Origin: Chiloscyllium plagiosum
Taxonomy: Eukaryota
Assembly: GCF_004010195.1 (NCBI RefSeq)
Contig: NC_057752.1
Coordinates: forward strand, 11,317,160 to 11,381,159
Length of the DNA stretch: 64,000 nucleotides
Direction of reading: 5' to 3'
In this document: one piece after another, positions 62,364 through 64,000 of the stretch
How positions within the stretch are numbered: position 1 is the stretch's first letter
Layout of the letters: each line of letters begins with the position of its first letter
Notes under the pieces: generated by a model
The model's input: only the letters and a program-made list of their open reading frames with translations
Told to the model about the DNA's origin: nothing
Database searches by the model: none
Translations under genes and position numbers: made by a program

Positions 62364-63530
62364 TATTAATGCTTGTTCACGTTGCCCCTCCTGGCTTACT
62401 GTTAGCATCCCTGCTTTGCCTCAATTAGCACAGTCACCCATCCAGACAGCTTACTTTGCTGGTTCAGTCAAGGGTGCAGACATCTTACACAGCAGAGTGC
62501 TGAATCAATCTCCTAGTTACACTATATGCCAGAGCTTAAATGGCAAGCACGTTGCAAGCAAATTGCCATAGCTCAAATTCTTAGCAAAATCCATCCAGGC
62601 ACCCGTCAGTCACTGCTTCTGGCGAAGCAAATCGAAGGTCACCTCCAATCCCACTACAGGCTGCAGTGATCTCAGTCATTGTCTGTGTTTCTACAGCCCA
62701 GGGAGTAGGTCACAGTCAGTCCAACGGCTCCATAGCAATATCTGGGGGCAGGACTAATGTGATCAGGGGTCTGGACACTTCTCATCTGGTCAGGTCACTC
62801 AAGGGGATGCAACGCAGTCAGTCCATCGGGTTCATCCACAGGTGTTGAGGGAAAGGGGAGGGTGATGACCAGGGGAATGGCTGCAATGGGAGGAGAACTC
62901 ACAAACCCATTCTTTGAGATGGGACTGTCGGAAGAGGGTAATCTGGAGGCTGTAAGGCATGGAAGATGACAACTGTGGATTTACAGAATCTGCAAGGGTT
63001 GAGCGGTTGACAATATGGTAAAGCATAGATGGGAAGGGGGTAATGTGGGAAGCAGTTGATCCACAGGAGCACCCTGGCTTCGAGGTGGGGAATGGAGAGT
63101 TGTGATGTGTGACCATCACTTTGTGGGGGTTGAGGGAGAACGGGCAGGTGAAGGCTCAAGTCAGTGGGTTGGGTGAGAACCTGGGGAGGCCCATGGTGTT
63201 CGTGGAAAGGGCGATCAGGAAAGAGATATTGATGTTCAATGCCCCTCAGCATTGTAGAGGTTAGAGGCTGGAAACCACTGGCCAGAGTGCACCCACTGTC
63301 GCCTTCCGTTGTACTGGATATCGAACGTGCGTGATGAGGAAAATAATAGCTGTGACCACACTGAGTGAATGGGATAGGTTTCTCAACCTTTTGAGGGATG
63401 GGCTGTAGGACCCACTGATTTGAGCTCCTTTAAAGGGAAACAATATTCTATATAGACCCAAACACTAAGTCTGACCCCAACAGGGTACAGACCTGGGACC
63501 CCTAATATCTGGTCGTTATAATACATTCCT

Positions 63531-64000
63531 GAGTTTTGAGAAGATTTGTAGCTCCGGTTGAGGTTCTGCTTTTTTTCCCACCCCCTGAGAAAAAGAACAG
63601 GAAATGACATCACCACAGGAAATGGTGTCACCAACCCAAGGAAACCTAAACACAAAAAGCAGACCATATCATCAGTGCTGCTTCCAGAGGCTCACTGATG
63701 TTACGTCTGAAACCGAACCTTCCGGCTCAGCAAGCAAACCTACGTCCTCATGAAGCTAAGAGGTCTGAGTAGTGTGGCAGTCATTTTCGAGATGTCTTTG
63801 ATGTAGGGGAGAGTGGCTAGGGTTTCTGGACATGTTTTGTCTGCTTGTTGGGGTTTGTTGCTGAGAAATCGGCAGACTGTGTTCGTTGGGTACCCATTCT
63901 TTTTGAATACACTGTATAGGTGATTTTCCTCTGCTTTTCATAGTTTCTCTGTGCTGCAGTGTTGGTGGCTCGTTGAAATACTGTTTGTTCTGCATCTCCC
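63531..64000. mobile_element. Penelope-like pieces: inverted pLTR end, + strand pLTR with deleted hammerhead stem, and - strand ORF fragment running off the window
   Basis: Similar to 39343-39530 and 1180-1380; cactgatgttacgtctga is a collapsed hammerhead motif. Confidence 0.75.

Noticed and set aside
25..63995. The many 60-150 aa ORFs of the track as independent genes
   Set aside because: They are transposon fragments, antisense frames, or TFCP2 exons read into introns; no intact transposon ORF is present
1..64000. CRISPR arrays, operons or other prokaryotic systems
   Set aside because: The sequence is spliced vertebrate genomic DNA; repeats are dispersed, with no regular repeat-spacer array

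Overview
Eukaryotic, repeat-rich vertebrate DNA. The repeat families (HE1-like tRNA SINEs, CR1 LINEs, Penelope-like elements) point to a cartilaginous fish, probably a bamboo shark (inference). The window lies inside one + strand gene, TFCP2 (LSF/CP2, Grainyhead/CP2 family). Ten canonical coding exons (equivalent to exons 2-11) splice with GT-AG sites into one open frame covering the CP2 DNA-binding domain and the SAM-like domain; exon 1 and the 3' exons lie outside the window. The introns hold decayed CR1, RTE, Penelope/Poseidon, SINE and MITE copies. Most notable: (1) two frame-preserving candidate cassette exons (33 and 66 nt) in intron 9 that are absent from canonical TFCP2 as I recall it; (2) a dispersed set of short Penelope-derived elements carrying minimal hammerhead ribozyme motifs, inverted-repeat architecture and roughly 14-bp target-site duplications; (3) a perfect 43-bp hairpin built from decayed ribozyme repeats; (4) a GalEa-like Ty1/copia relic. 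Exon coordinates are base-exact; repeat boundaries are approximate and all family assignments are by eye, with no database search.
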